A stretch of DNA of 62,951 nucleotides, filler included, from Chiloscyllium plagiosum (lineage: Eukaryota): the NCBI RefSeq assembly GCF_004010195.1. It is 4 parts of one record of this genome, joined end to end, with 100 filler letters (N's around TTAATTAATTAA, not from the genome) between each part and the next. Parts side by side here need not be neighbours in the genome. Positions count along the whole stretch, not along the records: positions 60,324 to 62,951 come from NC_057710.1; 3 more parts are not named here. One strand, 5' to 3'. Made by a program: the position numbers and the translations under genes. The notes below the pieces were generated by a model. The model worked only from the letters and a program-made list of their open reading frames with translations, searched no databases and was not told where the DNA came from. Below are positions 60,324 through 62,951 of the stretch, piece after piece. How positions within the stretch are numbered: the stretch's first letter is position 1; every line of letters starts with the position of its first letter.

Positions 60324-62274
60324 ACAGGATAGATCGAGTGAATCCTTAGAAGAGTATAAACAAAGTAGGAGTATACTTAAGAGGGAAATCAGGAGGGCAA
60401 AACGGGGACATGAGGTAGCTTTGTCAAATAGAATTAAGGAGAATACAAAGGGTTTTTTCAAATACATTAAGGATAAAAGGGTAACGAGGGAGAGAATAGG
60501 GCCCCTCAAAGATCAGTAAGGCTTTTGTGTGGAGCCACAGAAAATAGGAGAGATACTAAATGAATATTTTGCATCAGTATTTACTGTGGAAAAGGATATG
60601 GAAGATATAGACTGTAGGGAAATAGATGGTGACATCTTGAAAAATGTCCAGATTACAGAGGAGGAAGTGCTGGGTGTCTTGAAACGCATAAAAGTGGATA
60701 AATCCCCAGGACCTGATCAGGTGTACCCGAAAACTCTGTGGCAAGCTAGAGAAGTGATTGCTGGGTCTCTTGCTGAGGTAATTGTATCATCGATAGTCAC
60801 AGGTGAGGTGCCGGAAGACTGGAGGTTGGCAAACGTAGTGCGACTGTTTAAGAAAGGTGGTAAAGACAAGCCAGGGAACTATACACTGGTGAGCCTGACC
60901 TCGGTGGTGGGCAAGTTGTTGGAGGAAATCCTGAGGGACAGGATGTACATGCATTTGGAAAAGTAAGGACTGATTAGGGATAGTCAACATGGCTTTGTGC
61001 GTGGGAAATCATGTCTCACAAACTTGACTGAGTTTTTTGAAGAAGTGACAAAGAGGATTGATGAGGGCAGAGCAGTAGATGTGATCTATATGGACTTTAG
61101 TAAGGCGTTCGACAAGGTTCCCCATGGGAGACCAATTAGCAAGGATAGATCTCATGGAATACGGAGAGAACTAGCCATTTGGATACAGAACTGGCTCAAA
61201 GGTAGAAAACAGAGGGTGGTGGTGGAGGGTTGTTTTTCAGATTGGAGGCCTGTGACCAGTGGAGTGCCACAAGGATCGGTGCTGGGCCCTCTACTTTTTG
61301 TCATTTACATAAATGACTTTGATGTGAGCATAAGAGGTACAGTTAGTAAGTTCGCAGATGACACCAAAATTGGAGGTATAGTGGACAGCGAAGATGTTAC
61401 CTCAGATTACAACATGATCTGGACCAGATGGGCCAATGGGCTGAGAAGTGGCAGATGGAGTTTAATTCAGATAAATGCGAGGTGCTACATTTTGGGAAAG
61501 CAAATCTTAGCAGGACTTATACACTTAATGGTAATGTCCTAGGGAGTGTTGCTGAACAAAGAGACCTTGGAGTGCAGGTTCATAGCTCCTTGAAAGTGGA
61601 GTCGCAGGTAGATAGGATAGTGAAGAAGGCGTTTGATATGCTTTCCTTTATTGGTCAGAGTATTGAGTACAGGAGTTGGGAGATCATGTTGCAGCTGTAC
61701 AGGACATTGATAAGGCCACTGTTGGAATATTGCGTGCAATTCTGGTCTCCTTCCTTTTGGAGAGATGTTGTGAAACTTGAAAGGGTTCAGAAAAGATTTA
61801 CAAGGATGTTGCCAGGGCTGGAGGATCTGAGCTACAGGGAGAGACTGAACAGGATGGGGCTGTTTTCCCTGGAGCATTGGAGGCTGACGGGTGATCTTAT
61901 AGAGGTTTACAAAATTATAATGGGCATGTTTAGGATAAATAGACAAAGGCTTTTCCCTGAGGTCGGTGAGTCCAGAACTAGAGGGCATAGGTTTAGGGTG
62001 AGAGGGGAAAGATATAAAAGAGACCTAAGAGGCAACCTTTTCAGGCAGAGTGTGGTACGTGTATGGAATGAGCTGCCAGAGGAAGTGGTGGAGGCTGGTA
62101 CAATTGCAACATTTAAGAGGCATTTGGATGGGTATATGAAGAGGAAGGGTTTGGAGGGATATGGGCCGGGTGCTGGCATGCGGGACTAGTTTGGGTTGGG
62201 ATATCTGGTCGGCATGGACGGATTGGACCAAAGGGTCTGTTTCTGTGCTGTATATCTCTATGACTCTATGACTC
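60324..62274 (+). mobile_element. Young CR1 ORF2 3' two-thirds with few lesions
   Basis: ORFs 60529..60966, 60997..61542, 61428..62189; (CTATGACT)n tail. Confidence 0.95.
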
Positions 62275-62277
62275 CCC

Positions 62278-62951
62278 ATGCTCGTTTTCTGCAATTTATG
62301 CATGAGAACACTCAGATCCCTCTGCACTGAAGCACTCTGAAGTTACTCTCCATTCCAATATATAAGCTGCCTTTTTATTCCTCTGAACAAATGTGTAAGC
62401 TCACATCTAACCATGTTAAACTCAATCTGTCACATGTAGGTAACTCATTTATTCCATCCATATCTGTTTGCAAGTATTTTAATTCTGCTTTGCAACTTAC
62501 TTTACCACTGATTACAAAGAATAAAGAACAGGACAGCACAGGATCAAGTCCTTTGGCCCATAACAAGGTCCTCATTGCCAATGCACAGTACCTATTCCTC
62601 TCTTTGTCTTATTTGTCGACCAAGATACCTCTTAAACATTGCTAACGTGTCTGCTTCCACCACCTTGACTGGCAGCATGTTCAAGGCACCCACCACCCTC
62701 TGGGTGAAGTGTTTTCATAGAACTTAGAACATTACAGTGCAGTACAGGCCCTTCAGCCCTCGATGTTGTGCCGATCTGTGAAACCAATCTGAAGCCCATC
62801 TAACCTATACTATTCCGTTATCATCCATATGTCTATCAATGACCATTTAAATGCCCTTAAAGTTGGAGAGTCCACTGCTGTTGCTGGCAGTGCCTTCCAT
62901 GCCCTGCTACTCTCTGAGTAAAGAAACTACCTCTGACATCTGTCCTATATC
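62278..62951 (-). mobile_element. Old CR1 fragment plus two stacked CR1 3' ends
   Basis: QRDLSVLMH; tails at about 62515 and about 62717 with CCTTTGGCCC and CCCTTCAGCCC hairpins. Confidence 0.78.

Overview
This is vertebrate genomic DNA, most likely from an elasmobranch (shark or ray), inferred from HE1-type V-SINEs and the CR1 families present. It is almost entirely nested, decayed transposable elements. The window is not one contiguous locus: three 100-nt spacers (N44-TTAATTAATTAA-N44) split it into four pieces, 1-19123, 19224-40807, 40908-60223 and 60324-62951. Retroelements: dozens of CR1 LINE fragments (SGNH-esterase ORF1; APE endonuclease/RT ORF2), a second CR1-group LINE, L2, Rex1/Babar and Tx1/L1 fragments, five tRNA-derived V-SINEs, two Gmr1-type Gypsy LTR retrotransposons (integrase before RT), a class I (epsilon/gamma-like) endogenous retrovirus pol remnant, and Penelope-like elements (PLEs). 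There are also three minisatellites. Most notable: (1) four PLE-terminal segments carrying minimal hammerhead-ribozyme cores; (2) a candidate first coding exon of a GPR139-like GPCR with a TATA box and phase-1 donor, the only host-gene signal seen; (3) a CR1 insertion flanked by a 153/165-bp duplication; (4) a CR1-derived fold-back minisatellite. No intact autonomous element was found. Most ORFs in the supplied track are TE fragments or antisense noise. Element boundaries were read by eye and are approximate.
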